A stretch of DNA of 64,000 bases, from positions 133,796,001-133,860,000 of the forward strand of contig OX597815.1 of assembly GCA_951406725.2 (NCBI GenBank), read 5' to 3'. The translations under genes and the position numbers were made by a program. Source of the DNA: Octopus vulgaris (Eukaryota). The notes beneath the pieces are model-generated. The model did no database searches and was not told where the DNA came from. It saw nothing but the letters and a program-made list of their open reading frames with translations. Below, piece after piece: positions 48,866 through 62,670 of this stretch; position 1 is the first letter of the stretch; every line of letters begins with the position of its first letter.

Positions 48866-50520
48866 AAGATATGGGATGAATATAGGGATAAAAAGAGAGT
48901 AGGATTTGAAGTCAGAAAGTGAAAAGGATGTAATTGAATACTACAGAGTATTTTTGTCTGTTACTCTACCAATTTTGTCAATCCACTGCAATAAAAATAG
49001 TGAATGACTGTTATTTGAAAAGAGCTGTGCCAAGGAAGGACTAGCTATGAAGATGTTTGTTGTATTAGTAGAGCGAAAAGATTATCATTGGGAAAATCTT
49101 CAGTGTTATACGGTATATTGGTAGGATATAAAAGGAAAACCTCCTTCCTCTTAATTTAGGGAAACTAGTCCTATACTTATTTGACTAATTTATATTTACA
49201 AGCAAAGATGTATAACTATGTACACAGATATGTCAGCATTATCATTAACTCACGTTAAAATAAATATGAATCATTAGAAAGTATTTTTTTATAAATAGTA
49301 GATATTTATGAATAATTTCTTTTTGTTTTTATAAAGTTTCAAGCTCTTTTGAGACAAATCATCATTGCTTTTATATATCTTCTGATATCAGATTTTCAAA
49401 ATACTAACACGCTTTTCCCTCTGCTGTTTTGATAATATTATCATTATTACTTATTAAAGGGTGGCATATGTACTTAATGTCTTGCAGTATTTCATTTTAC
49501 AATCTGAATTAATGATCCCATGACTACCAACTTTAATATTCATCCTTTCGGTGGGTGGGTAAAAAAAAAAAGTTTTAGTCATACCTGGAATCAACTTTAT
49601 TTTCGTCCAAAGCAAACAACATTGTGCTAAAGTGAAGAATAATTCTCTGACCAGTTTCATTCACTGGACAGTGGTCATGCTAGTTCACTGACATCAAGGA
49701 TTTAATCAACTATATTGGTCCTTGTACTTATTTCAGTCCGGTATTTAGTTTATCAATCTCCATTTCCCTAAATTACAGGATATAAAGGACTACATACACA
49801 TACTGCACAGGTTTTTAGACTGCAAACATAAACACACACACACATTTGCACACTCTCATATACACATAAACCACAGGCATGGGTGTGTTGTTAGGAGGTT
49901 TGCTTCGCAGCCATGTGATCAGATTCGGTCCCATTGGGTGGCACCTTGAGCAAAGGTCTTCTACTATAACCCCATACCAACCAATGTTTTATGAGTTAAT
50001 TTGTTAGATATACAAAGCTTATCATGAATATTTGCGTGTGTGTGTGTGTGTGTGTGTGATTGTTTACATTTTGCACTAAGATGAGATGCGAGCAGTAATG
50101 ATTGTTGTTTTTCTGTCAATAAATTATCAACTAGTTCTGTGGTTTCAATGTTGAATGGCATGAAAACTCCAATTTGATAAACAAATAAAGTTTAGTGATA
50201 GGAGGGACATACAAACGTGGAACAATACCTCAATAATACCTATTAATTTAATCCATGCTAGCATGGAAAAAATAGGCATAAAGTGAATGATTGTGTCCAT
50301 CTACTAAATTCTACATATTGGTTAACTCAAGACAATGGTAGAAAATACTTGCCCAAGATGCTGCATTAAAGGATTGAACTGGGAACTATGTGGTCATCTT
50401 CATCTTTAACTTGTTTCAGTCGTTGAACAGTAGTCAACCTGGGGCACCAGCTTGAAGGGTCTAGTTGAACAAATCGCCCACAGTAATTTCATTTTTTAAG
50501 TTTGATGCTTATTCCATTAG

Positions 50521-50730
50521 TGGAGGCATGTGGCTTAAGTTTTAGGGTGTTGGACTTATGATAGTAACATTGTGGTTTCAATTCCTGGACCAGGTGATGC
50601 ATTGTGTTCTTGAGCAAAACATTTCATTTCATGTTGCTCCAGTTCACTCAGCTGGCAACCTGTCCAGGTGGAGAATCTATACACCATGGAAACAGGCCCT
50701 TATGAGTCTGCATGGCTCAAGAAGGTAACT
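50521..50730 (+). mobile_element. Third tRNA-derived SINE family (V/MESC-like central domain)
   Basis: GGCATGTGGCTTAAG...GGTTTCAATTCC head plus GTGTTCTTGAGCAAAACATTTCATTTCATGTTGCTCCAGTTCACTCAGCTG. Related fragments lie at ~55260-55340 and ~55880-56060. The domain name is from memory. Confidence 0.55.
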
Positions 50731-51653
50731 GTTTTACTTATTCTATTGGTCTCTTTTGCTCAACTATTAAGTTATTTAGACATAAACAAACCAACACTGG
50801 TCGTCAAGTGGTAGAGGTAGACAAATTCAAAACACATGCACACATATATAAACACACAAAATGGGTTTTCACACAGTTTCTATCTACTAAATTAATTCTC
50901 AAGTTATTAATCATCAAGGCTATAATAGAAGATACTTGCCCAAGGTGCTGTGCAATGAGACTGAACCCCAAACCACATGGTTGCAAAGTGAGCTTTTTAA
51001 CCACACAGCCATTGCCTGTGAAATACAAATTATTTGCTTTTTTTATAATTGGGGAATCATAATAGAATCTTACATTTTTTTTGTCAGTCAGGCAAACTGA
51101 GACAAGCAGATTTATGTGCCTCAAACAAGGGTTAAATACAATACTGACAGTCAGCTGTGAACTCATAACCTCATAGCCATTGAACTGTGCTGTACTATTA
51201 CAAAAGTGAAAAAAACCTGTTTAGTTGCAATGGGATTTCCCATATAGTCACATATAAATATAACAGACCTTCTTAACAATGGGTTAATTCTATTGATATC
51301 ACAGGAATTAAAGTATTTCAGAAGTAGTTTGCTGCTATATCATTGAAAATAAGAGAAAACAAAGAGTTCTGTCAGCTGCTGGAATCTTAAACAACTGCAA
51401 ACAATAGAAATGAAAAATTGGGAAATTGGCTTTGTAGTTGCCTCTAGAGACAACATTTTTGTCAGATTTGACTTGAAAATCTAATAAATTGCTGTCTGTA
51501 TATTGTTCTTTGTAACGGATCTCCATTTTTCTGTTTGTATTTCTGATATTTTTATCATCATTATCATTACCATAAAAATAATTCATAGTTATTGTAACTA
51601 TTATTATTAATATTATTATTATTAAAGAAATTATTAATATTATTATTAAAGAA

Positions 51654-51697
<44 letters not shown>

Positions 51698-51851
51698 ACT
51701 AGATATTGCATTGTGCTTGAAATAACCTCGAGTCAGTCTTTTTGTTTATAAACGATTATTTTGAGATATTGTCTGATTCATACCTCGTCTATGACTCCCC
51801 TTGATTCAGGACCATATGTTATAAAGATAACATCAAAAATGTCTACTGTGT

Positions 51852-51910
<59 letters not shown>

Positions 51911-52707
51911 GCTATGTATATATGATTTTGGATACAGACTACTACTTATTACTAAACAAAAGTCAAGTACAGAATTACAGAATTAAAATATCAGACCACA
52001 TGTCTGCCACCAGTCTCAGGTTGAAATACATTGATGTCTGAAATAAAAACAAATCTGTTAGTTCATTTGTTTCACAAAACAATGCTTATTAAATCAATGA
52101 CATTGGTTTATTTGCTGGATTTAACACTTGAGTTTCCTGTGAGTCTTCTTGCAAGGTGAGCTACCAATCTCCATTTGTCTCGCATTAGCCTCTTCCCTGC
52201 TGTTGTAATTTACTAACTACTATTGGTGTGAACACAAAAATGCTTTCTAACATGGAGTAGATATATTTTCCTTAACTTTATGTGCTATTTTAGTCTTTTG
52301 AAGACTATATCTACTAATGTTTCTATATAGAAGATGCCAGAATAATTTTTTCATGATATGAAAAGAATTTGGTTGTCAATTTAAAATTCTGTAAATATTT
52401 TTCTGTTTGATTTTACATGTTTTTCCAAGTTAGCATGGGTTAGATGAATATATTATAAAAGCATTGTTTACCAGTCAGATGTTCTTTCTATCACTGACTT
52501 TTATTTGTTTGAGTAAGGGATCTCTTATTTCACATGTCTTTGAAAGATGCAAAGCCAACAGAAGATTTACTGAAATGAGAATTTACATCATTGCTAGTAG
52601 CTTGCAATGTTCAGAAATCTGAAAATGTAAACTCTAATGTGCATGTGCATACAGTTATGCATATGTACACACACACACATACATGCACATATGCATATAT
52701 ATATAAG

Positions 52708-53125
52708 GTATAGGCACGGCTGTGTGGTAAGAAGTTTGCTACCCAACCACATGGTTTCAGATTCACTCCCATGGTGCCTTCCACTATAGCCCTGGGCTGT
52801 CCAAAGACTTGTCAGTAGATAGATGGAAACTGAAAACAGCTTGCTTATATATGTGTGTGTCTATGTCGCCTTCTCTTGGACATCACAAGATAGTTGCAAG
52901 TGAAAGTGAGTGTCACTATCATACAAGCAGTGCCATTTGTTTCCAGTCTTCTATGACAATATGTTCAGTCAAGAGAAAATATTATCTTATTTGGAAACAA
53001 TTAGAACTGGTGACAGAAAAGGTATCAAGCCATAGAAAAATCTTCCTTAACGAATTCCATTTAACCCATGCCAGCATGAAAAATTGAATATTAAAATGAT
53101 GTGGATGATGATGATGATGATGATA
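52708..53125 (+). mobile_element. tRNA-derived SINE (CORE-like head, RTE-type tail)
   Basis: GGCACGGCTGTGTGGTAAGAAGTTTGCT...CCCATGCCAGCATGAAAAA...(GAT)n. Confidence 0.75.
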
Positions 53126-54252
53126 GGATAGGAAGCTAAGAAGCTTCCATCTATGAAATCCACTCACAAGGCCTTAGTTGATTGGAGCTTTAGTAAAAGA
53201 CACTTGCCCAAGGGCTGAATCTGAAGCCATCTGGTTGGGAAGCAAATTTCTTAGCCACACAACCATGACTGTATCCACATTCTCTAATATTGGCCATAAC
53301 AAAAGGTTTGGTTAAAAAGTAGCACCAAGTAGCTTTTAAGTTGTCAAACTGAGTTATATTGGCAATTCCTACAGCTAGCTATTCATACATGCATGAGTAT
53401 GTGTTTGTCATCTTTCTGCCATCATAATCCTAATCATCATTTTACATCTCCTTTCTGTACTGGCTTGGGTTGTGGATAATTTCGGAGACTACATCTTGCT
53501 CCACCATCTCAGTTTTGACTTGGTTTGTACAGCTGGATGACCTTCCTAACAACATCAATCATTTTTACAGTCTATCTTGGGTGCATTTTACTGTGGCACC
53601 AACATTAGTGTGCATGCCTTATAATTCACAATGCTAAAAGAATGTCTAGACAACTGTAAGGAAGAATAGGAGAGAAAAAACAATCTCTTTAGGCAAGGTA
53701 TTAAGAGAAATATTAAAGTATAAATGGTAGGAAAAGATTTATTGTTACACATACAAATATATTTAATCATTTTATGTTTCTTTTTCGTGTTGAGATTGAT
53801 AGGACAGTTTGACACAATTTCAGTCAGCTCTTATTTTGAATTATTGCCATTATAGATGGATCAAAGGATAACACTCTATTAAGACATCGGTTATATATCA
53901 ATCATTCTTACCTTCTCTTCTAAGATTGTGAGTAGTCATGTAGTTCCTCTACAACAAGAAGCCTGTTCTGCTCTGACCCCTTCTCTCATAATTTTATCCA
54001 TCTTTTGCCTCTCATCTCCCAGCATAAAGCTGTTTCCCCACCCCAAACTGTGTTGTGACTTCTCTAATTCCAGTAGCATGAAAAAAGTACCCTATTGCAC
54101 ACTGTAAGCTGGTTGGCATTAGGAAGGGCATCCAGCCATGGAAATCATACCAAAACAGACAATGGAGTACAGTGCAGTTCCTGGGCCCATAGGTTCCTGT
54201 CAAACCAGCCAACCCATGCCAGTATGGAATATAGATATTAAATGATAATAAT

Positions 54253-54318
<66 letters not shown>

Positions 54319-55783
54319 CTCTCTCACTCTGTGTGTGTGTGTGTGTACATATGTATTATTAAAATTATTATAATTTATTATACATTTCCTCCTCTTGTGA
54401 TTGCTAAAGTAAATGAATCCTAGTCAAATACTAGATTTGATTCAATCAATAACACCCTTCTTCGTAAATATGACATCTACTTATGTTTGACTGTTATTAC
54501 TATATATTTATTATTCAAAGAAACCTGAATATCTTAAGACATTTTATTGTTGCTATTATTTTCTAAAAATTTTCCATTTTTTTTTTTTTTACAAAAAAAA
54601 TAATTTTAAATTGCACTTTGAAAGCTATTAATCACTGCTGGTAGGTTAATTGCAACTGTTTGGTCTGCTGGTCATATTTTATTCTTCCATCTTTTGATTT
54701 TTCTTGTTTTATTTTTTTGTCTTTTTTTTTTTATTTTGGCTACAAAAGTTCTGAGTTCTTGCTGGTCATTGCTTCACTGATGCAAGAGTTTTAGTTTTAT
54801 TCATTCAACATTGATTGTTGTTGTCATATTTGACCTTTCCTGAGGTCTTTATCAAACGAATTTAAATGTTTGTTAAACCTGTTTGATTTAAAGAGCATTA
54901 CCAGATTTGATTTATCTAAGATTTTAAACTCTTCATCAAAGCTAAGAACAATGTCTTGAGTTTTAGCAGGGGTTTTTTTTTCTCATCCATATATTTTTAC
55001 TGAAGGTCAAGATTTCTTGTTTTCAACCATTATAAATACTTTTACTAAAGATTATTAGTGAGTTTTCATTTAATTGAACTTGTTAAATTTCATGCCCCAA
55101 CATTTGATGTTTTTGAAAGTTATAAACTTTGATTATCTGTTGTTTGTTTTACATTTGTTTCTGATAAAAAGAATCATACATTTTCAAATAAGCACTTGAA
55201 TTCCCTACTCTATTTTAGTTCTTTCTTGTATTTTACATTTTTTGCTTTTACATGTTTCAGAGAAGGCACATTGTCTTGTGGTTAGGTTGTTCTACTCACA
55301 GTTGTAACATTGTGGTTTCAGTTCCTGGACACAAACACTTTTACATGACGCCTGCATGAGCATTCTTTACATGACACTGGTACAGGACTCATATAGGCCA
55401 ATCTTCTTCATCAAGGGGAGCAACCTTAACTCTTCTGCTGTGGAGGATGTGTCTTCTTTTTACTGAAGAAAATTCTGGCAAATTCTGAGCTATGCAAGCA
55501 TGGAACAGTGAATGGGAAAACAATGTTGAATGAACAATGATGATGACCATCATACATTAGCATTAGCTGTAGAATTTTATCTCAAAGAAGCTTCTCTCTA
55601 GTGACTGTATGCAAATCAAAAACTCAGTTTGCTGTAATAATTTGTTTTTAACAGTTGCACTTGAAGTAGATAAAGTTATATATTACAGCATGTAGATATT
55701 GGGGTAAAAGACTATTTGGGTAGAAAAAGTCGTATCCAAAAGGTTTTTAAATCCTGTATTTGCATACTATAGTTTATGGCTTA

Positions 55784-56792
55784 TGATTATATTTCAAGGG
55801 TGCCTTCTGCATGAAGAACATATAATTAAATGCTAGCTGACATACTTGAAGTGATGAGTCCAAAATGATTTTTAGTGGTGCATAGTGTTCTTGATCAAAA
55901 TACTACATTTCAAGTTGCCCCATTCCACTCAACTGTAAATGACTCCCAGCAAATCTGGGAATCTTACTGGTGTCCTGTTCAGGAGGGATTGTTGTAATTT
56001 TTCACATAAAAACTATGAAAACCTAGCTAAACTCTGGCCTTATGAGTCTTAGGGTTCATGATAAACCTAAGTTCAAATCTTGTTTTGATTGTTGGACTGA
56101 GGCAGTGCCACAGCAATGCCTTGTAGTGTTTAGTCAAGCAAATTGACCCCAATAGTTATTTTAAGTTGGAAACTTATTCTGTCAGTCTGTTTTTACAAAA
56201 CCAAGTTTCTGGGATATAAATACATCAATGTCAATATTCAGGCAGTGATAGGAAAAAAATGCATGCATGCAAGTGCACACATGCATGTACACACACACAC
56301 AACAGGTTCTGTCTACCATATTCACCTACAAGGCATTGATCAGCCTGAAGCTACAATAGAAGACACTCCACCAAGGTGTCGTGCAGAGGGACTGGACCCC
56401 AAACCATGTGGTCATGAACCACACAATCTTTGTTTTCAGTTTGCGAAAGCCATGAACATCATGTAAATTTAGTGTTTTTTTTTCCTTTATAATTGAAGGT
56501 TGTGTGTGTATGTGTGTGTTTATGATTAAGTGCTGACTATCATGTTTGAAGTGGTGAGCTGAAAATAATTTTTAATCAATTGCAATTATAATTGTAATGA
56601 GAAGCAAATTCATTAGCATTAATGAAAATTTCTCACAAAAGGACAAGAAATTTTCATTAAAGCTAATGAATTTTCTTATTACAATTATAATTTCACTTGA
56701 TTAAAAATCATTTTTGACTCATCACTTCAAGTATGTCAGCTAGCACTTAACTATATGTTCTTCATGCAGAAGGCACCCTTGAAATATAATCA
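55784..56792. repeat. Nested inverted-repeat structure (91-bp distant arms plus inner ~225-bp foldback)
   Basis: 55784-55874 is the near-perfect reverse complement of 56702-56792. 56526-56750 is itself an imperfect foldback. Confidence 0.85.
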
Positions 56793-57485
56793 AGAGTGTA
56801 TATTTTGAGTGTGTATAGGGAGCACTGCACACCCAAAAGGATGGTGACCTTTTTTTCTTTTTTGTATATATATAATAATATAATTCTTGTGATATGTTAT
56901 AATCTAGTCGCAATATGTTTCAAAACCTGTATAGTGGCTGGTATTAGGAAAAGCATCAAGTCATGAAAACCAAACCAAATCAGACTGGAACCTGGTGCAG
57001 CTCTCTGGCTTGCCAGCTCTAGTCAAATCGTCCAACCCATACCAGCATGGTAAACGGATGTTAATGATGATGATGATGATGATGATGTTGATGCTCTTCC
57101 TGATGCCAACCCTCGCCTGTTTCCAAGTAAGGTTAATATTTTCCCATGGTCACAGAAGATTGGAAATGAACATCAATGCTTGCAAGACAATGATGATCAT
57201 TTACAACTGTGTGATGTTAAGAAAAGAAGACAATATTATTATTGTGCTTATCTTAAACTTTCTCCTACATATGGTCTGTATCTCATAACTAATAATACTA
57301 CGAAGTAAAGTAGTGCTTAACCACTATACTGGTAGCAGACTGGAATATGATAATTCATGTGAAGCTCTAAACATAAAAGTTTTGTGAATGCGCCATGAAA
57401 TCCACTGCTCTTTCTTAATTCTCCTTATTTCCCTCCTCTGTAAATTTGATGGCTTGTATCAGTGTTAGGTAATAAGTTCTAATTC

Positions 57486-57526
57486 TTTTGCTTTCTGATG
57501 AAGAGCTATGCTCAAAATATCAAAAA
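57486..57526 (+). other. Decayed Penelope-type minimal hammerhead motif
   Basis: CTGATGA-A-GAGC(TAT)GCTC-AAAA-TATC. This derives from ...GCTCGAAACGTC by CpG-type transitions only. Confidence 0.5.
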
Positions 57527-57647
57527 CCCTCTCTTTTTACTGAGTATCAAACTAATACATTCCATGTGCACATCCTCTTGTTGTTATTGTTATTTTTAAT
57601 GTTTGATTATTTGAGTTGACTATATATATATATGTGTGTGTGTGTGT

Positions 57648-58027
57648 GCAGGAGTGGCTATGTTGTAAGTAGCTTGCTTACCAACCACATGGTTCAGGAT
57701 TCAGTCCCACTGTGTGGCACCTTGGGCAAGTGTCTTCTACTATGGCCTTGGGCCAACCAAAGCCTTGCGAATGGATTTGGTAGACTAAAATTAAAGAAGC
57801 CCGTTGTATATAAATGTGTGTGTTTGTGTTTGTCCCCCCCATCATCACTTGACAACTGATGTTGGTGTGTCTACATGCCCGTAACTTAGTGGTTTGGCAA
57901 AAGAAACCGATAGAATAAGTACTAGGCTTACAAAGAATAAGTCCTTGGGTTGAGTTGTTCAACTAAAGGCAATGCTACAACATGGCCACAGTCAAATGAC
58001 TGAAACAAAAGAAAGAATAAAAGAATA
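57648..58027 (+). mobile_element. Near full-length tRNA-derived SINE (CORE-like head, ...TGACTGAAAC tail variant)
   Basis: A-box-like TGGCTATGTTGTAAG, B-box-like GATTCAGTCC, CORE-like GCACCTTGGGCAAGTG, internal (TG)n, and a short AAGAAT(A) repeat tail. Confidence 0.85.
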
Positions 58028-58829
58028 CACACACACTCACACATTCTTTTCATGAGTTGGCTAGTTGTGCAAATTTTGATATTTACAGAAATTGTTAGAA
58101 TATGTCTTGTCACATAAGTTTCCTTTAAGACTCAGTAATCTGAAAAATTCAAGCCAAGTAACATAGCAGCACTAAGACTGCAGCATAGCATACTATATAA
58201 AAAAAATCATACCTAATCAAACACAGAGAAATCCATGTATTTCTTTCTATTAATAAACAGAAAGCAAAGCAAATATAAGGGGAAAACTGATTTAATGTAA
58301 ACATTCTTGTAAAGAATTAGACATTAAGAATGTACATAAAATATAACAAACCTCTATTTTGTTTTGTTAATTTTTAACATGATTTGTTTTTTGTTTTTTT
58401 TTTTCTTTTTACAAATTAAGTTTTTCCCCTGGAGTTTAATCAGCAGTCCTTGTCATCTGGTAGGCTGACATATTGATGTAATTATGTGCTTTGGTTTAGA
58501 TTCTTCCTGATTATTAAACATTTTCTAAACATGAAAAATAAATATATCACTGTACAACTGTATTGACTGATTCTTGTTGAGCAACAAATTATTATGAGAG
58601 ATTTTGAATTGGTGATGATAGTCTTATTAGTTTGATATCTTAACAACTGTGTAACTACTGTTCAACAACTAATTATTTATTTGAAGGTTATACATCACCA
58701 GAATAGATACAGACAAATAACAATTGTCATATTCTAAGTTCACTGCATCCATCTCTACTGTGACTGTTATCAGAAACTACAGGCAAGCTAATAGCAGCTG
58801 TTTCTCTGTCTCAAAACCTATACTTTTTA

Positions 58830-59067
58830 ATCCTTTAGCTCCCCGTGGAGCTTAGGATGCCAACAAGAGACCTCCATCTGTCTTGATCTTTGGCAGTGGA
58901 TTGCAGTTGTCCCCAGGTGTAGATGCCTGTCAATGTTTCAGTTTCTGTGGGCCTTTCCCACATTGTTCATCTGTCACATTTGCATTTTCTTTGGGGTGTC
59001 CATCGAAGGGTTTGCTTTGTAATGTTGGAAATGATTTCTTTAAGGTTTGTCCCAGACCATTCCTCTA
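58830..59067 (-). mobile_element. RTE-clade LINE 3' fragment (third subfamily)
   Basis: Minus strand SNITKQTLRWTPQRK...TWGQLQSTAKDQDRWRSLVGILSSTGS*, matching the RTE pattern ITRQAL.W.P.GKR / AQDR..WR.LV. Confidence 0.75.
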
Positions 59068-61129
59068 AGAGGAGGAAATGCTTTGTCCGACTTCCTCCTC
59101 TTGCTGTAAGTTTTGATAAGATGCTAGTTTGCCTTTTCCCACAAGGATTTGTTTGTGAGTCTGCCTTACCATTCTTTGGGTGAGATAGTATGACAGACTC
59201 ACAAATTCTATACTGCTATCTTACATTGGACTATGTAAGTTCTAGATATAGAACAACTAAAAAAAAATGACAGTATGATATTATGGCTATCATGCCTTTA
59301 ATTATAGCCTGCTTAGTCATAACTGACTTAAGACTAAATACCAGTAACAGACATACAGGTATAGTGTAGATAGTAGAGAAAATACAACATTCCGGAAAGC
59401 CACATTGCACCCATATGATAAACACTTTTATGTCACTTAATGCACACAGTATAGTGGATGGCAAATGTGTAGTGAAAGCATAATACTGAAAAATCCCTTT
59501 AGTCCTGTCTCACTGAGGTCTTGTCAACTTTTATATTATTAGTTCCATTAGAAAATGCAGTACACTCTGTAAAATGGTTGGCGAGAGAAAGGACATCCAA
59601 CTGTAGAAATTGGGCTAAAATGATATTCATATGTGTCAGTCCATGAGAGTAGCAACACTCAGTAAGAAAATACTTGGACCATGAATGATGATGTGCACAA
59701 TGTTATCCTTAAGCAGGTGTAGATTTATTTTAAACACTAAGTCTATCAGCTCATCAGTAAAGTGCCTCAACATACATAGGTGCCATAGGTCTGCTTAGAC
59801 TGTGCTGATTAGTTTGTGCTACACAACAACTAATTATTATTGCTGAATATTTATTCCTATCATTAATTATTTGTGCAATCAATATTCAGATTTTAATCTC
59901 TTAATTGGAGTTTTGATGGCTTTTCTGATGAAAGTCAGCATGTTCGTTGTCCTTTCAAACAATGGTTAAATAGATGAGAACTTTTGGAACAAAAGAGTGT
60001 GAATAAAATAAATATTAGCATGTTGAATCTTCATTATATTAAAAGAAATCTGGGAACAATTAGATTATTGTTTGAATCAGTTTATGAACAGAGATGAAAA
60101 TAATAGATCTTGTTTTATGGTTTTTACAGTGTATAGTCACCAATTTCTAAAAAGCATTTGATCAAATACACAGACCAGTGCTTTGAACTATTCTAAATTA
60201 TATGTCCCAACAAAGTTTATCTGCAATTTTGTGATGGGAGTCTAATTATAATAATGATTATTATTAGTATTACTAAAGGTTGTGAGCTGTAGTCTCAGTA
60301 GAGTAACGGACAAATTGCCTAACAGTTTTTTTTAGTTACATCCCTTTGCCTTCTGATTTTCAAATCATATCAGAGCCAATTTTGTCTTTCACTCCAACCC
60401 CACCCCAGTCAATAAAATGGAAACCAGTCAATTACTGAGAATTTGATTTAATCAACTGCTCCCTCTCCTCAAAATTTGTGACTTTCATGCCCATACTTAG
60501 TATTCACTATTATATTATTAGAGCTATAGGTGGTAGAATCATTAGAGTGTAAAACAAAATGCCTTTTAGTAATTGTTCCATTGTGAGTTTAAATCCAACT
60601 GTCACTGATGAAGAATCCTGTTGGTTTCTGTTTACCTTCTGTTTGATCAATCAAGATCTCCAATCAAAAGTATTTCAGCTCTGACTAGCCTCTCTCTCTC
60701 TCTCTCTCTCTCTGAGATATAGTGTATTTGGAGGTACATTATCCAATGTAGTATTGAAGTGAGGAAAATTTGGTTACTAGTTCTAAGGTTGAGTAAGAAT
60801 TGTTTCTAGCCAGGTTGGTGTTCCCTCATTAATTTGGAGTTGCTGATAAGAGTCCTTAGTCCACAAAGTACTTATGAAGCAGTTACAATACACACATCTA
60901 CAGTTAACAAATGAAAGAGGTTCTCTCTACATCACTGAGAGAAACAGTAGTAAATATCAGCTGAGGTTAAAGACCAATCAGTCTGCCAATTCATGAACTG
61001 GTCTGCAATTTTGGGACATTTACCTTAGCTGTCATCAAAAAGGTTTTAGGTTTATGCACTCATTAAGGATATGAGTCTTATATTTCCGCTTGGTTGAGTA
61101 AAGAAATCCATACTAGTTATTTTAGAATG

Positions 61130-61304
61130 TACTGAAGTTTCTTGAAGTAGGAGCCATGGTTGAGTGGTAGGAAGTTTGCTACCCAACTACAGGGTTTTGG
61201 ATTCAGTGCCCCAGCATGGTAATTTAGGCATGTATCTTCTACTATAGTCCTGGGTTGATCAAAGCTTTTTGAGTGGATTTGGTAGATAGAACCTGAAAGA
61301 ATCC

Positions 61305-61355
<51 letters not shown>

Positions 61356-61600
61356 TTTGTGTGCATATGTGTATTACTGCCTCCTTCCTTATCTTTGTGA
61401 TAGTTGTAAATAAGTGTCGCCATCATGCAAGCAGTGTCCTTTTGTTTCGAATCTTCTGTGAAAACATGTCTGGTCATGAGGAAATATTACCTTACTTGGT
61501 GACAGGAAGGGCATTCAGCCATACAAAATCCACCTCAACAAATTCCATCTGATCCATGCGAGCATGGATCAGGAAAAACTGTATGTTAAACCAATAATAA
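61130..61600 (+). mobile_element. tRNA-derived SINE (CORE-like head, RTE-type tail)
   Basis: TGGTTGAGTGGTAGGAAGTTTGCT...GGATTTGGTAGA...(TA)n...GACAGGAAGGGCATTCAGCC...CCATGCGAGCATGG. Confidence 0.75.
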
Positions 61601-61889
61601 TGAGAAATATTTTACTAAATTGTGTAACCTACATGTTTTAACTCCACAAGGTTAGCAATGTAAAAAGGAGTGAAATTGCCACCAGTAGGAATTGTAACCA
61701 GGTTGCAGAGTTCACTGATATTCTTAGGTGCTTGTCTGCATTAAAAATATTTACTAAAACTTCTTTTTCTTCCAGGTGTTTGTTCAGTAGCTTAAAGAAC
61801 TATAAATTGTGATATTTTATGTCAAGAATTTCAAACAATCTATTCTGTACGTGTAATTTAATATATTTTTGCTGAGGTGTTTGTTAGGA

Positions 61890-62670
61890 ATGCAAAGACT
61901 ATGTGGAGATTTAGTTGGATTAGTGCCTCTCAGATGTGATATAGGTGTATCAGATATAAATTGAAGTAAGAAAACAGATTCAGCTGGATAATTTCATAGA
62001 AAGGGCATATAGAAAATAATCAGATATTTAAAGGTTATGTTGAGGCTGTATTTTTATTTTTGTTGATTGGAGAGTTATATAAAGTGGAGATGATAATCCA
62101 AACATTTCAGTAGAACTAAAATTGGCAAGTTATTAGATCAAAAGGTGATAGCTGATGCAGACAACACTATATATAAATAGCTTAACGCTCAGGTAAAAGA
62201 AATTAATAGAAATCTCAGATATTGCATTAGATGTTGAAGTAGTTAATTAATCTGATGTGATATTTGTTCAAAGTAAATATTTGAAAGTGTGAGATTTTTA
62301 TATGAACATTTTGTCAATGGAGATAATTTTCTGAGTTCTCAGTTTGCTTGCTTATCAACAGATCACCGATACACTGGCAACAGCCCATGTTGTGTAGTGC
62401 AAAGCCATATTTAATAGTAGTTGTAATCTCAACTTAATGTGTTTGATCTACACGTCTCAATCCTAGGATGTAAGGAGAATTGACCTTTTTTGTAAGAGAT
62501 GCACCGCCAGAAGTGTCTAACAGTTGAACTGCATGACCTCATAAGCACCAGTTATTTGGTTTAATGAGATCATTCTTTTAAAGAATCAAGTAGCATACGA
62601 GAAGTAGCTCAGGAAGGTGACTCAGAAGATGAAGGAGGAGAAAATCTGTCACAAGAGATACTTGTTGACT
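61890..62670 (+). pseudogene. Heavily degraded transposase-like relic, possibly Academ-type
   Basis: Ordered fragments across frames: LDNFIERAY / NNQIFKGYVEAV / ISVE..NWQ / FLYEHFVNGDNFLSSQFACLSTDH (from 62295), then an acidic end EGDSEDEGGE. These recall Academ-like motifs from memory only. Confidence 0.35.

Noticed and set aside
48259-48922. Overlapping 138-215 aa ORFs ([12 protein letters not shown])
   Set aside because: Translations of a stop-free TA/TG microsatellite on both strands. The same applies to ORFs at ~1.3-1.7, 6.8-7.2, 18.0-18.7 and 24.2-24.5 kb.
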